From Eledone cirrhosa (lineage: Eukaryota), in NCBI GenBank assembly GCA_964016885.1, contig OZ024742.1:52018001-52082000 (forward strand): a stretch of 64,000 bases of DNA, in the 5' to 3' direction. Below, piece after piece: positions 28,268 through 45,573 of this stretch (its first letter is position 1; each line of letters starts with the position of its first letter). The position numbers and the translations under genes were made by a program. The notes below the pieces were generated by a model. It had not been told where the DNA came from, ran no database searches, and was given only the letters and a program-made list of their open reading frames with translations.

Positions 28268-28685
28268 TGTAGTGACCTACATTCCGCGGGCTCACATACA
28301 TTCTCTGTGCGTGATTTGGCTCAGCTCAGCCAATCAGCGCCAGGAGAAGAGGATGTATCCCTACGCGTTCTGAGAGAGAAATAGTCCGTGAAGATTTGAG
28401 AAATCTTAAGGCTCGCAGCTTGACCATGCTAAGGTAAACGCCACTTGTTCTTTTGCTCCGTAAGCTCAAACAATATGTAATGACAAAACATTACATACGG
28501 ACCTGGCCAAATGCCTCAGCCAGTCGACCGTATTTTCTCTTGTAATCTTAATTGATTTGTTTTATTTCTCTTGGCATGCCAGCTCAACCTTTGTTAATAA
28601 ATAATGTAAAAACAAGCTAAAGTCGTTGTCGATATTCCTATCCTATCTTTCTACCAAACTGGTGGTTCCTCGTGGCAACATTACA
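28268..28685 (+). mobile_element. Probable solo LTR
   Basis: TGTAGTG...CATTACA inverted termini, 418 bp long, with a CCAAT motif near 28331 and AATAAA near 28597. No exact TSD was seen. Confidence 0.6.
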
Positions 28686-28871
28686 ACTCTCTAAATATAA
28701 CTTACTGCTAAACATCTAAAGAGAGAAAGGGAGATGTAGAGAGAGAGAGTGGGGTAGGTCGTTATACAGAGAGAGGTACAAGATAATCAGATAGAGAGAC
28801 AGAGAGAGAGAGAGAATGGCGACGAACGCTGTTTCTCACACACACACACACACAAACACATATATATATAA

Positions 28872-28938
<67 letters not shown>

Positions 28939-29399
28939 TAGAGAGAGATCTGCGTGTTCTTTATTGTTCTCCATTCTGTAGAGGAAGAGAGAGAGAGAGA
29001 GAGGGAGTGTGAGAAAAAAGGGAGAGGGGTTGAGAAAGAAAGAAAGTTTAAGCAAAGAATCGCTGCTTTCAACATTAACGGGATCTTCTGAAACTAAAAA
29101 ATTCAATCTGTGAAAGTAGAATTAAATATTTCGATAAACATTCAAACCGAAGGAAAACAGGAAGACGATATTTTGGTTCGTGAAGACGTTCCCTAGTAAT
29201 GAACGGAAAACAGGGAGGATAATACGTCGTTATGTGGACGGAGAAGAACAATTTCATGCAAAGACAAGACCAAGTTTATGGTGTAAATGGAGTCGTTAGA
29301 CTAATATTCTATTTAAAATAACCGAATGATTTCCAGCCCCGGAGTTTAAGAATGATGTAAATAAAATTGTAAACGAAAATGACAGAGGTTATTAAAATA

Positions 29400-29510
29400 G
29401 TTGTTTCTACTCTTGGCACAAGGCCAGCAATTAACCAGTACATTACTGGTACCTTATTTTATCGACCCTGTAAGAATGAAAGCCAAAGTTAACCTCAACG
29501 GGATTTTAAC
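29400..29510 (-). mobile_element. SINE 3' fragment
   Basis: Reverse complement of the 17375-17480 motif. Confidence 0.75.
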
Positions 29511-29609
29511 TTTGCCTTAAAATAGTAAAAGTAAATATTGAAGATTTAGGACAGTACATACGTATGCGCCGACGAACATACACATACATATACATACGCA
29601 CACACAAAT

Positions 29610-29647
<38 letters not shown>

Positions 29648-30126
29648 GCGCACGTGTGTGTAAACCTTATGCTTTTCTACAGTATTTTCACCAAACTTAA
29701 GACATAGGTTATGTATGTACTCAGGGTGGTCATGGGTACTTTCAATTTTCCAGATATCGATTATCGAGCCTCCCGGCAGATAACCCCCTTTAATCACTTC
29801 CTTTGAGTCGACTGAAGCACTGCAGTGCAGTACAACTAAATAGCATAACTTCTGGGGTTCGCAACCGATTTTCACAAAACTTGACACATGGGCTACGTTT
29901 GTTATACAGATGCATGGGGGGCAAGAACCTCCTTTTGGAATAAGCCGATGATTTTGTAAAAGTATAGTTTTCGAAGCAGCACTGAAGTATTGACATAAAT
30001 GATATACATAACTGTTATTTAATACCAGAGCAACGCCGGGTACCTCTGCTAATATATAAATAATAGAATACCAACAAGTGAAGTCACTATTTTCCTTTTT
30101 TCATATATATATATATATATATATAT

Positions 30127-30655
30127 AAACGGAAAAATGAAACGAAATTCCATTTCTCACTCTTAGTACGGCTGTTACTTAAATATAAGTATGTATACGT
30201 AGATACATATATGTATACAGACGTATAGTAGTATGTATATATATATACATACATGCACACATATATATATGTACGTATGGATTTACCGAACATTTATTAT
30301 AATGCTCGTTGCTTTTGTAAACAAACAGCCGTACGAAGAGTGAGAAATGAAATTTCGTTTCATTTTTTCCGTTTGTCGTTTTCGGTGCGCCCGGCCGATT
30401 AATTCACTCGATATGCAAATTAGGCTCATCAGCCGTTAATATGCATAAGGAAAGTATATACTTTCAGACGTTCAATCATCTGGCAGGAAGGTATACGGTG
30501 CTGACGATAGCTAATAAGCTTGAAACTAGTACATCGTTCCTTTGTCAGTGTTGAACAAAAGAGCAACGATGGTTGCTAAACACTGTACGGCTTAATTCGG
30601 GATGTTTGTTTACAAACACACCGAGCATTATAATAAATGTTCGGTGAATCCATAC

Positions 30656-30698
<43 letters not shown>

Positions 30699-30770
30699 CA
30701 TGTGTTGTATATATATATATATACTACTGTACGTCTGTATACATATATGTATGTACGTATACATACTTAT
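30127..30770. mobile_element. Double (nested) fold-back PLE-type insertion with a hammerhead
   Basis: 30128-30175 is the reverse complement of 30324-30374, and 30187-30332 of 30585-30769. Related pieces lie at 49057-49265. Confidence 0.75.
30495..30537 (+). ncRNA. Minimal type I hammerhead ribozyme
   Basis: acggtg CTGACGA t-agc-taataa-gct-t GAAA ctag TA catcgt. Stem I has 6 bp and stem III is palindromic; predicted cleavage is after 30531. Confidence 0.85.
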
Positions 30771-30961
30771 ATATATATATGAGTTTAATAATATCGGGGA
30801 GTATAAGCACACTGAACGAGTAGATATGGACGTCCTGTTGAGAGAATTTATACGTCTCGTTATAAATAGACTATTTTATTTAGGCAAAGTTTCGGCGACA
30901 TCCTTTATTTCAATTTTCAAATTCTGCTGACCGCTTTCTAAACACCCAATGATATATATAT

Positions 30962-31098
<137 letters not shown>

Positions 31099-31204
31099 GT
31101 AATAATAATAAATTTGAAGACTAAAATCCAAAGAGTGCTTGATAAGGATAAATATATATCAAATATATAAGAACCGTAGAGCAAATATTTATTAAAATAA
31201 CAGA

Positions 31205-31850
31205 TTAAAGTTTAAGCACAGAATCGCTGCTTTCACCCTTAACGGGATCTTCTGAAATTAAAAAAAAAATCTGTGAACGCAGAAGTAAATATATCGATAA
31301 ACGTTGCAACCGAAGACAGGAAGACGATACTTTGGTTCGTGGAAACGTTCCCTGGCAATGAACGGAAAAAACGAAGATAATACGTCATTAAAAGCAGATT
31401 ACTATGTATGAGATCAAAGAATGGTATTTAACTAATGTAATGGTACGCGATGGGGCTCACCCACAGCCCCGGCGGACAGAATGGAGAAGGTGTTTCCCCG
31501 GAAGACGGCAAGGGAGACGCGGTGGATAAGCCACTCCAACTCACGGGGCTCACACCTACAGCTGGCCAGCTCAGCGCCTATGGCGGTGAGTAAGGAGGTA
31601 GCCTTGGGGCCGAAGACACCAGAAGTCCCCACTGCCAGGGGAACGACCGCAAACCTGTGAGAGAGCGACCAGTATTTGAGGAGTTTGCCCCCCCCCCCTG
31701 TTGTGCGTTGAGAACAATTACACGCAAAGAGAAAACCACGTGTATGGTATTACTGAAGTCGTAGACTAAAATTCTATTTAGGAAACCGAAGATTCTCGGC
31801 TTCAGAGTTAAGAATAAAGTAAATAAATTACAGAGGTAATGGAAATCAAC
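31205..31850 (+). mobile_element. Internal fragment of the 27980 Helitron family, interrupted by a CRE piece
   Basis: 31207-31390 matches 29043-29232, and 31710-31840 matches 29245-29390. Confidence 0.65.
31430..31687 (-). mobile_element. CRE-clade 3' end fragment
   Basis: GTSGVFGPKATSLLTAIGAELASCRCEPRELEWLIHRVSLAVFRGNTFSIL, homologous to 16255-16475. Confidence 0.85.
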
Positions 31851-31999
31851 AAAAATTAAATATATACGTGCACGCATCCATATACGTACATACACATGCA
31901 TACGCGAAAACACCCGCCATGGGTATGCATATACAAGCACGTACACAAAAAAACACGCATGCACATACAGAACCCACGCAACGCCTGTACCCGCACACA

Positions 32000-32304
32000 T
32001 ACGGCTGATCAGTCAGATCTGCATATTAGCAGATCCACTGATCAGCCATATTTGCATATCAGCAGACTGGCCAGTCGGTCTCCTGTATACGTGCGATAAA
32101 TGGCTGGCTTTGCCAAATTCAAAACTCAGATTACATTTATTGTATGCAGCCATGTAAAGCGAAAATTTTCTTTTTTATTGGAATTTGGCAAAGCCGGCCA
32201 TTTATCGCTGATATGCAAATCTGGCTAATTTTTGGATCTGCTAATATGCAGCTCTGACTGATCAGCCAGTCTGCTAATATGCAAATCAGCCGATCAGTCA
32301 CTGT
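32000..32304. mobile_element. MITE-like palindromic element with internal subrepeats
   Basis: 32004-32120 is roughly the reverse complement of 32180-32270. The right end reads TA|CAGTG on the minus strand, as in Tc1/mariner. Confidence 0.6.
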
Positions 32305-32545
32305 ATTTTTGAAAATAGCATATATTTTCACTAGCTCTGACAGTTTGGCAGGTGGACAGTGAGTTGCACTGATCAAGGGTGGTACCCATAAACATTAGTG
32401 TTTGCAGTTCTGTTCATATGCCAACACAAGAGCAAGAATGAAGCGTTCATTCTACTGACATGGCTATAAAATTGAGGGTTGTTTGCATAATTGCAAACGA
32501 ATCGAATGTTATTATTAAAATTCGAAAAACTCAGATTACATTTAT

Positions 32546-34576
<2,031 letters not shown>

Positions 34577-34681
34577 ATATATAACATTGGGTGTTTAGAA
34601 AGCAGTCAGCAGAATTCGAAAATTGAATATATATATATATATATAAACATATATGTTTATATATATATATATATAAATATA

Positions 34682-34783
<102 letters not shown>

Positions 34784-34894
34784 AAGTAATTTCGTCGGAA
34801 AGGTCCAGGGAAAGAGAGTGCTCTTGAAAGCAGATGTGTTTGCTTTCAAGAAACCACTGGTAAATGAAATAATTATCTTATGTTTTTTATTACA

Positions 34895-34947
<53 letters not shown>

Positions 34948-34949
<2 letters not shown>

Positions 34950-37635
34950 GTCAAAAGGACAGAAATTAACACCGACTCCAACAGTCAACCACCAAGAACT
35001 GAAGGAGGATACCCAAGAATTCTGTCGAAAATTACGTCTTGTAGAATTCTTCGCTGTGAAAAGTAATGAGAGTGATGAATCACTAGTAAAGAATAAATCA
35101 AATTTCACTCCGTCAAAAGGAAGAAATATCTATCTCGACCAATACATTGACATCCTGTCTAAATTTCCTCTTAGACGTAATACTAATGTTAAACCAAACA
35201 TTAACAAATCAGAAATGTCTGCACTTAAACGTATACAAAATGATAAAACAATAATAATTAAACAAGCAGATAAAGGGGTGCAGTTGTTATTATGGATGCT
35301 GAATACTACAAAGATTTGGTTGAGGAACAACTGAAAGACACAACATTCTATCATGAAATACTGTCAAATATAGACCACAACATCATGAAGAAGATCAACA
35401 ACCTGGCTTCAAAATACCACAACTCACTTACTGATAAGGAAAGAGACTGCATCACCAATTTTGAGCCAAAACCCAGCAACCTGTATGGCCTACCGAAAGT
35501 TAATAAGTCAAAAGAAATACAACTGGCAGTAAAAGAACAAAAGAGTGAGTACATTAAATTACTACACCCAAAAACTTAAAACTTAGACCTATTATAGCTG
35601 GTCCAACATGACCCACCCACCGTCTAAGCAATTTTGTTGACATTATTTTGAAACCACTATGTAGTCACATAACCAGTTTCATCCGGGATGATATCGACCT
35701 CCTGTCCCATCTTCCCAAAACCACGGAAACGAATTCACTTCTACTTAGTTTTGATGTGGTAAGCCTTTACACCAAGATTACACATGATTTAGGAATAAAG
35801 GCGGTTAAATACTGGGTGGAAAAACATAGAGAAGTGATTCCCATCAGATTCACAGCGCCATTTATATTAGATGCAGTTAAACTTATTCTGGAAAACAACA
35901 CTTTCTTCTTCAATGGGAAGAATTACATCCAAATTAGAGGCACAGCGATGGGAACGAAGTTTGCTCCCGTTTACGCGAACTCTGTAATGGGATACTTAGA
36001 ACAACAACTCTACCAATAAATAGAGGAAAAATATAGCACTGACTTTAGAAAGTACATTGAAAAATCTTGGAAGAGATACCTTGACGACTGTTTCATCATC
36101 TGGACAGAATCTCTAGATACTTTGGATGAGTTCAATATCCTCCTGAATAACCTACACCCACCTCTCTAATTCACAAAAGAGATGAGTAGTACCAAATTAC
36201 CATTCCTAGATATAATGATAATCAAATACGACACCACCATTACCACGGATATATATTATAAACACACAGACACCCATCAATATCTGAATTTTAAGTCGTG
36301 CTATCCACCTCATACAAAACGCAACATCCCATACTGCCTAGCCAGAAGAATTTGTACCATTGTAGAAGATACGAATACCAGGTACAAACGCCTAACAGAA
36401 CTAAGAGAATTTTTGCTCACACAAAAATACCCATCTCTATTTATAGAAAATGGCATACAGCGGGCTATAAAAATACCTATACAACACTTAGGACAACCCA
36501 AGGAAGAAGAAACCAAGAACTGGTCATACCATCTTTAATAACACACAACCCATGTCACCAGAATATTTTCAACACTGCCAAAGCAAACCTACCGATCATT
36601 GCTCAAAGTAATGAATTAAAAGGCTTAATCACAGATCGATCTTTGACTCTTAGTAAAAGACAGCCGAAAAATTTAAAGCAATTACTAACAAAAGCAAAGT
36701 TCGACCTTAACAACAAAGACCAATCATTCACTGTATCTAAATGCACATATCAATCCATACACGCCGGTCAATATATGAAAACAAAAACTGGAAAAATATT
36801 CCCAAATGCAAATATGAACTGCAAAAGCAGAAATCTAATTTACTGCATTAAATGCCCGAATTGTAAAGAACTATATGTCCGTCAAATTGGAAATGCACTA
36901 TCGGAACGTGCACGGGTACACCTACAGCAAATCAGAGACCCAAATGTCCGTCAGATACCCCTAAGTAACCATCTAGCAACATGTGGTCAGGGAATATCTA
37001 TAATATTCCCATTCTACAAATTACACAGCCCAAGTGAAATCAAGAGAACATAAAAGAAAATAATTTTATTGATAAATTCAAACCCAAGTGAAATGAACAA
37101 TAATAATGGGGTATTAATCCTTCTATGACTATGACTACGACCATTAACAACAACAAAAACAATAATAATAATAAAAGTGATGTTGATGGTGATGATTACT
37201 AGAAAATGCTATTTTCATCATTTCTAAAAATAGCAAAACAATTGATGCTTTGGATAGGGTCAATTAGTAGTCGTTAGACATGCTCAACCAACCGTGACGC
37301 CTAAACCAATCAGCTTTAGTAATCCAGTGAGACTACACACCGATTGGTCGAAATACAGTTTTCAAGATTTAGCATTCTGGAGCCACTTTTCACTGTATAT
37401 AAGGTACAAAATTTACCCATCTCATTACAGTTGAAAATTGCAAACTTCACTGTCACCACACAATGTGAACCTGAAGATTGCGAAAGCATGAAAGTACTTG
37501 TTCAATTAACACTTAACATTTAATATTCTACCATACTATTTCATTCTAATACCATTATAAATTTTAAAGGATTGTAAATAAAACGAGTACATCAGACAAA
37601 GTTGTAATTCCTTTTATTAATATAATCTTCTATAC
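34948..37635 (+). mobile_element. 5'-truncated, decayed Penelope-like element (Neptune-type RT and GIY-YIG)
   Basis: Motifs KQADKG, LYGLPKV, LRPIIAG, FDVVSLY, GTAMGTKFAP, WKRYLDDCF, LPFLDI and CKSRNLIYCIKCPNCKELY, with stops and frameshifts. The 3' UTR has an HHR and AATAAA. Confidence 0.92.
37466..37504 (+). ncRNA. Minimal type I hammerhead in the Penelope 3' pLTR
   Basis: tgaac CTGAAGA t-tgc-gaaa-gca-t GAAA gtac TT gttca. Confidence 0.88.
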
Positions 37636-37662
37636 ACAATCATACACACCCGCGTATATTTA

Positions 37663-37726
<64 letters not shown>

Positions 37727-37730
<4 letters not shown>

Positions 37731-37923
37731 AACGAGTAGGACCCCGACGGCTGAGCTCAAGCCGCTTCGACGGCTAATTCTGGACTCCAGAATTAGCCGT
37801 CGAAACGGCTTGAGCTCAGCCGTCGGGGTCCTCCTCGTTCCTATTACCCACTCTACTACCCTAAGTATTGAGTATTTTGGTGCGTTATGGTCCACCTGGT
37901 TCCTTACCACATTTCCTTCGTTA
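37727..37923. mobile_element. Fold-back F1 tail with HHR 3' halves on both strands
   Basis: The centre is ttctggactccagaa near 37785. Same sequence as 21782-22001, with (TA)n on both sides. Confidence 0.8.
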
Positions 37924-37962
37924 TATATATATATATATATATATTCATGTATGTGTGTGCTT

Positions 37963-38044
<82 letters not shown>

Positions 38045-40195
38045 CTACATATTTATCGACTTTATGTGTGAGAAAAGAAGTTGAGTTAAGTGAAATGTGT
38101 CTACTATTGCTATCATATTGGTTGACCAGGTAAAATTACCTCTTTGCTTACTATAGTTTGTTTTTCGTTGATGGTGGTGGTTGTGTTCTATGTAGTAATA
38201 GCTGTATTCAGGTTCCTTCTTAAGATTAAGCCACCATCACCATTTCATGAGGTGATTGCCATAGTCGCGCTATTGTTATCGATAAAAACCAAACTTAATT
38301 TATGGCATTTCACCGACTATCATTGTCTAATTTAACAGATATCTGTTTAGAGTTGGGAATTATATCAATTCACTGTTCCCACATATACAATTTGCATCCC
38401 ACATTTATAAATGATTCATTTTCAGGACAACCAATTCTAAATTAGAATTATTTCACCAGATATTGGATGTATGCGTTAAAAAGGAGATAAATAGTTCTAA
38501 TAATTGTAATCCATTATATTTATGTGTTTGGTGACTACTCCAATAATATTAATTTAATTCGAATAAAGCTCATGGCAATATTTATCTTTAGCGTAGTAGT
38601 ATAATCGAAGAGTAAGATTTCAGATACCTAAGTATTATATATCCAAAGCGTCTTTTAAATTACAAATAAGATTTATATTCAGAAAACAGAATTCTAACTG
38701 GCAACGCACATATTACATGTTCTGAGAATGTTATACCTTTTCAATTACTGTATGAATATAAGTGCGCAGACATTTAAATTGATATCAGAATATATTTGTA
38801 CGAACGCTTCATTAATCATATATAAGAGAAAGAAAATGTAAAATCAAATTAGCAGCTTTTGAAAATGAACAAAGAAATAGATTATTTTCAGACCTCGTCC
38901 AAGGTGGAGATCACCCATCCACTTTGGGGTGGGTAACAGATATTTTCTCTTGTGAAAATGGGTATAGCTTTCATTGTGTAAAATCTACCCATTTTACCTC
39001 ATTTCTCCCCGTTTGGGGGGCACATTTTTAAGGGTACTCCCGCTTAGGTTTTTCGAGGTTGGCAGGTATCTATCTTTCTATAACTAATATACAAACTTTT
39101 CTCCCATTATCATGGATAATGGCCTAAATCCATCATATTTTCTGTAATGATAACTTTAAATTTACATCACATATGAGTCATCATATTTAAGCAAATGTTG
39201 ACGTATTCCTTCTCATAAATTTCGTCACCCACATTGAAAAATTTGACATCTTTTTTTCTATCTAAATATTTTTCTTCAAGAATTGTGTGACGACTAAATG
39301 TATCGTATCTTTTAGTATTCCTTAGCTGATAATCGATGGGAACTTAAAAGGATTATAAACAAGGACACATCTTGGACTCTCTAATTTTAGTCATAATGAG
39401 GTGTACCTTTGAATCACAGGCAGCACTCTTGAAAATTGAGGAACATATTGGATGAGTATCCTGAAAAATATGGTGAGAAGATTTTAATACCATAAAGAAG
39501 TGTAATATATTTAAAACGGTGCAAACGCATGTTGGTAGATATATAGTAGACACACTGGAATCCTGTTTTAAAATATGTTTTTATACAAACCATTATTTTC
39601 ATTGATTTCTGTACACTCCATAGAACAAAACTGTGGGTGGGTCACATTGTATAGTCTTTGATAATATATTGCTGCTCGATCAGAATAATATTTGCACTAA
39701 ACAACATCAGAAACAACAACTAATTTAATTAACGTTATCTACTTTGTGAAACATTGATAATCATCTAAACTCTTCAGGTAATCGAGTCTATTTCCCCCAT
39801 TACTCTTTCAAACCCTCGCAGTGTTCAGCTGTTATTGAAGTCTATTAGAGATGCGTTAACCACTTTACCATCAAAATTATAAAGACCATCTCTGATGCAA
39901 TCAACTACCTTCCAAATAACAAATAAAATTATAGCATTAATAATAACTTTGTATCACAATAGTTTAATTGGCAGTTATGTTTGCTGCATTACTGAATGTG
40001 ACTCTTAATATGATTTGAAAATCAAAAGAGTTTTCTTTTATTTTCGACAGCAAGTTAAGGTGCGTGATTACATTTATACAATTACATGATAGTTTAATAG
40101 GTACACTGGGAAATTACAACTTGGAATAAGAATTCGAATTTTGTGTTGAAGAATAGTATTAAGTGTCATTATCACGTTAATTCCTAACCATATCG

Positions 40196-40410
40196 CTTGA
40201 GCGGCGGACAAGCAGTATCGGTAGAGTGTCGCACAAAAGGAATTCTGGCATTCAGGTCGATCTCTTTGCGTCATGATTTCAAACTTGCTTATCATTCTTA
40301 GTGAAACGATGAAATAAACTACCAGTTAAGTAGGAGGGCCAATATAATCTATGTAATCTACCATCCAACAAAAACATTGCTGACATTGTACTTAAATTAG
40401 AAATCAATAT
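40196..40410 (+). mobile_element. Degenerate SINE
   Basis: ggcgg..gcagtatcggtagag...atttcaaac...gatgaaataaactaccag. Confidence 0.55.
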
Positions 40411-41910
40411 TCGTAATGTAATCTTATTTTCATTGGGTGTTGTGATTAAATTACCGGGAAGTCACTGCGACTCTACACGAGACTTAGTTGTCTGTGCAAT
40501 GCTCAGTAACTTCTTGTTATTTTCATGAGCCGTTGTCCAATCAAAGGCGGCATTAAAATTCACACAATTTGTGTGACACAATGTTAGATATCTGAATTAC
40601 AGGTACATTCGATTCGTCGAACCTTAAAATATTTTCTGTTTGCTAACAGTCATTCACAAACTATGGTTCGGTCCCTATTATAATATAATTGCCTTAGCTG
40701 CCTTGCAATATAAACGGACCATAGCTTTGATGGTTTCATTGATACCATCTTAATTATTTGGCCATTCCTGCGTTCATATTCAAATACACAAACAAATATA
40801 CATATTGAGCCACATAAACATGGACACATGCCAATACATGCTCAATCTTATTAATGTACGCATGGAAATATGGATACACATCGCACAAGCTACCGTACAT
40901 ATGAACCCCCATACTCACAATATGTTCATAGATAATGAAACATGAACAAGCTACACAAGCCTCTCACTCCAAACAGACATACACACAATTACCTACAACC
41001 AATCACACATGCGAGCGCACACACGCAAAAAAAAATACGAATGGAAACATTGTCACATAAATACAGCTCTCAAAATATATACACCTTCCAAATATATTCA
41101 TATTGAGACATATGCAAACAGAAACAGACACTTACACTGACACACACATACACAACACTCACAAATATACACATATTCACACACAAACAAACACACATAC
41201 ATGCACACACACATCTGACAGTAAGCACATAATTACGAAAACACATGAATCACAGAAACACACAGAACACACAAGATCAAACACAACGAACACATATACA
41301 TACACAAACAATACTTATGTATAAACACACACACACAATACATACATATGTACACACAACACACACATATGCACACACGTAAACAGAGATACAGGAACTG
41401 ACAACACGAACGTAACAATGCTATGTAATGAGATGGAGAGAAAAGTGATGTTGATGTTTAAATATTGAAAGTTTGAAACCATGCGGAATGCAATTAAAAT
41501 GTCTTAATATTGGAAATTTGCCAATAATTTTAACGAAACCAATATATCGTCAAATAAAGGAAGTTATTGGGAAAAGGAGATTAATAAATGAACTGAAGGA
41601 AAATGAGGATGGATAATAAAATCAAATAAAGGGATAAATGATAGAGCGAAAAACACACGGAATGAGAGCATGACAGAGTTAGAGGTTAAGGGAGAAAGAG
41701 AGATAGCAGATGGAAAGGGAGAGAAAAGAGGGAAAAGGGAAATATAAAAATAACGGAAGATACAACAATAAGAGGAGTTATGGACGGAGAAGATAGAAAA
41801 ACGGGCAAAATGGGTGATCGGAGAAAAGAATATTAAGCTGCTAAAAAACGATAAATGGGAATGAATAGAATAAAAATAAAATTATAGAGAAACGGTAGAA
41901 CAAGAGAGAG

Positions 41911-42020
<110 letters not shown>

Positions 42021-42281
42021 TGATTAAAAGGTTAGAATTGAGAGGGGTAGAGAATGAGTAACGAAGTTGTTAAACAAAACAGAATTACATTGTGTAAAAA
42101 TAAATCTAAATATAGAGAAAAACATTATATATGACCAGTTAAGAGGGTGACATATACAAGTACATACGTTTTTGATGATTAGTTTATCCCAAAGCATTCA
42201 TCTTATCATAAATAAATCAACGAAACTTAAATACCCACTTCAATATTTACATCAAGTTTATATACCAATATATATACGTGT

Positions 42282-42428
<147 letters not shown>

Positions 42429-42688
42429 TGTGTGTTAGTGTGAATGCGTGTGCTACTTAAATATGAAACTACAGTTAAAGGCGGTGCGCGGATAGAAGCA
42501 CTCCATACTGTTACGAGCTTTTTCTCTTTTGGGGTTATATTCCAGAGTTAATTCGGGTGTACTCGGCTTACATTTTGACAATTTGTTTAACTCTGGCCAC
42601 CTTCTGATACCCATCGGGAATCCACCATATAACTATATATATATATATATATATACATCTTTACATATGTATATACATACATATATAT

Positions 42689-43142
<454 letters not shown>

Positions 43143-43328
43143 CATATGTATAGATATATATTATATTCGGCAAGCCTTTTCAAGGGAGTACACCCTCGTA
43201 TAGGCTTGCCAAACACAAGCTGAACCTCACGTTTGGGGTGGTTTGGTTTGATTATTTGATCTATAATAATTATAGAAAAGTAATCTATTTGATGTGGAGA
43301 GAGAGAGAGAGAGAGAGTGTGTGTGTGT

Positions 43329-43449
<121 letters not shown>

Positions 43450-43679
43450 TGTGTGTGTTCTACCGTACTGAGGCCGGGGAGACCACTGATCAAGAGAGTA
43501 TACTCAATGCATGGGGAATTGCAGAGTAGGTATAAAGATATGTAATATACCGACCGCGTCGCCATGCGGCTTCCACTTGTGTGTATATATATATATCTGT
43601 GTCAAATGTACCTTTTACAACTAAAATCTCTTGCACACTCACCCACACACCCACGCTCACACACACACATATACATATC

Positions 43680-44325
43680 TTCTTCATCTTCGCCCACTTA
43701 TTCCTGAGAGAGTCGTGAGGGCAGAATCCTCAAACACTCCTTCGAGCGGGTCCTGCAAGAAGCAACCGTTTCCAACAGATCCGGCTTGATTCCCAAGCGA
43801 GTCCAGCCAAGCTCATGGATGTTATCCAACCATCTTTCTCGGGCTCTACCCTGGGCTTCTTGCCAGTTAGTTTTGCCCGTAAAATCTGTCTTGTCAATCT
43901 TTCCTGAGACATTCTAACCACGTGCCCTTATTATCGGAACAGTGATCTCAAATTCAGAGAAGTAGTGGCTCTAACTGGAGTGACACTCTGATCTCCGAGC
44001 TACGCATTCTATCGAGTAACGTTACTCCGAAGACCCTTCGTAGGAATCCCATCTCGGTCGCTTGTATTCGTGACCGTATTCTTTCGGTCTTTAGCCAAGA
44101 TTCATGAGCGTAGATAAGGGTTGGCACGAATACCGAAGTGAAGAGAGCGACTTTGGTTTTTACGCCTACCTCTGTTGTGATTACTGAATGCTGAAGCTGG
44201 CGCATTGCTGCACCAGCTTTTTCAATTCTTGCACTTAATTCAGCCTTCTGCCTTCCATCACTCGTGAATACGACCCCGGGATACAGAAACATCTTTACCG
44301 ACTACAGTGAAACTCCATTTACATG
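43680..44325 (-). mobile_element. RTE-clade LINE 3' fragment
   Basis: FLYPGVVFTSDGR...PTLIYAHESW...IQATEMGFLRRVFGVTLLDRMRS...HVVRMSQERL...GKKPR, followed by a short GAA-type tail. Confidence 0.88.
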
Positions 44326-44355
44326 TAGAGTGCAATGCTCTCTCTCTCTCTCTTT

Positions 44356-44407
<52 letters not shown>

Positions 44408-45573
44408 AGAGGGAGAGGGGGAGAGAGAGTTGAAGAAATAACATAAATACAAGGAAGGAAAAACAATATTTTATTAGGATAACGCTTGGGAGGAAATGTG
44501 TGTGTGTTAAGTCACATATCACTACACGTTTTTTGGCCAAATATTTGTCTACAATTTTCGATACAACACGTTTTAAAATGTGGCTATGTGTAACTATGTG
44601 TGTGTTTCGCTGTCCGTGGGTGTGATTGTCTGAGTATGTGCATGTGAGCGTGTTTGTCCTTATATGTAAAACTTTTTTGTGTATGTGTGTGAAAGTGTTT
44701 GTCTTTGAAAGTGTTTGTGCCTGGGTGTGATTGTATCTACGAAGTTTTATAGCTAAATTTCATATGCATAAAAGGAGGAGTCATTTTAAATCTTCAATTA
44801 CTTGCAATAAAAATGGTGAAGATGGCTTTAGGATATTTAGAATATTGGAAAATATATCAACACATACTTAACGGACAAATTTCAACATTTTATATCCTTC
44901 ATAAATTAAGCATGTACCGGGAACAATTTATAGAGCTATAACAGTGTAAATCAGACATATTTGTGCGAATACTGAATAGCTAAATGCATATCTTGCCAGA
45001 AAAGCTTTCGTGAGTTATATGTTGTTGTGTGGCATTAATTTCGAAGATTATGTTAAAAAATTGTGTTATAAGTGTCAGGATAAATTTTTATTACTGTTCA
45101 TTTGCCGTAGATCATTTAAGGTCCATATCATTTTAGGAATTGTTTTTACATATAATCTGTACGATGGGCTTTTGATATTATTAGAATTATGGAAAATATA
45201 TTAACATATATTTAGCAGGATAGTTAACGGTATATGTTCCATCAGATATGAGTATAATGGGGAAAATTCAGTGAAATATATGAAATTATTTTAGGTAAAT
45301 GTGTTTGGATTTTATATATTTAACTTTATTTATCTAGCACGGAATAACACTGGGAAAAAGATAAACAAAGTCAGAAAGCATCCAAATATGCTTATCGTCA
45401 ACAGGTGATGGTGATGTGGAGAAAACAATATGATTTCGAAGGATTTCTTAAATCTACAATGCAATTACATAGAGCTACACCAGCACTAGTACATAAAAAC
45501 GCAAACATGAACAAATTACTATATGAAATAAACAAATAAATATTTAATCCTAAATTCCAGAAACCTTGTTATT

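Larger units (their letters stand above)
27980..30052 (+). mobile_element. Non-autonomous Helitron (possibly composite) with a nested LTR and SINE
   Basis: The 5' end reads TCTATATATATAAAACGGAAG. The 3' end has a taccagagcaacgccgggta hairpin then CTAA|T, matching the 51541-51568 terminus. Confidence 0.65.

Noticed and set aside
35609-35611. In-frame TGA (GPT*PTHRL) aligned with Cys in the other Penelope copy (GPTCETHRL), suggesting selenocysteine
   Set aside because: One substitution from TGY, in a copy that also has TAA stops and frameshifts; no SECIS was identified.
38100-41900. Possible host exons in the less repetitive stretch
   Set aside because: No ORF with recognisable homology and no convincing splice pattern. 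Short exons cannot be excluded without RNA data.
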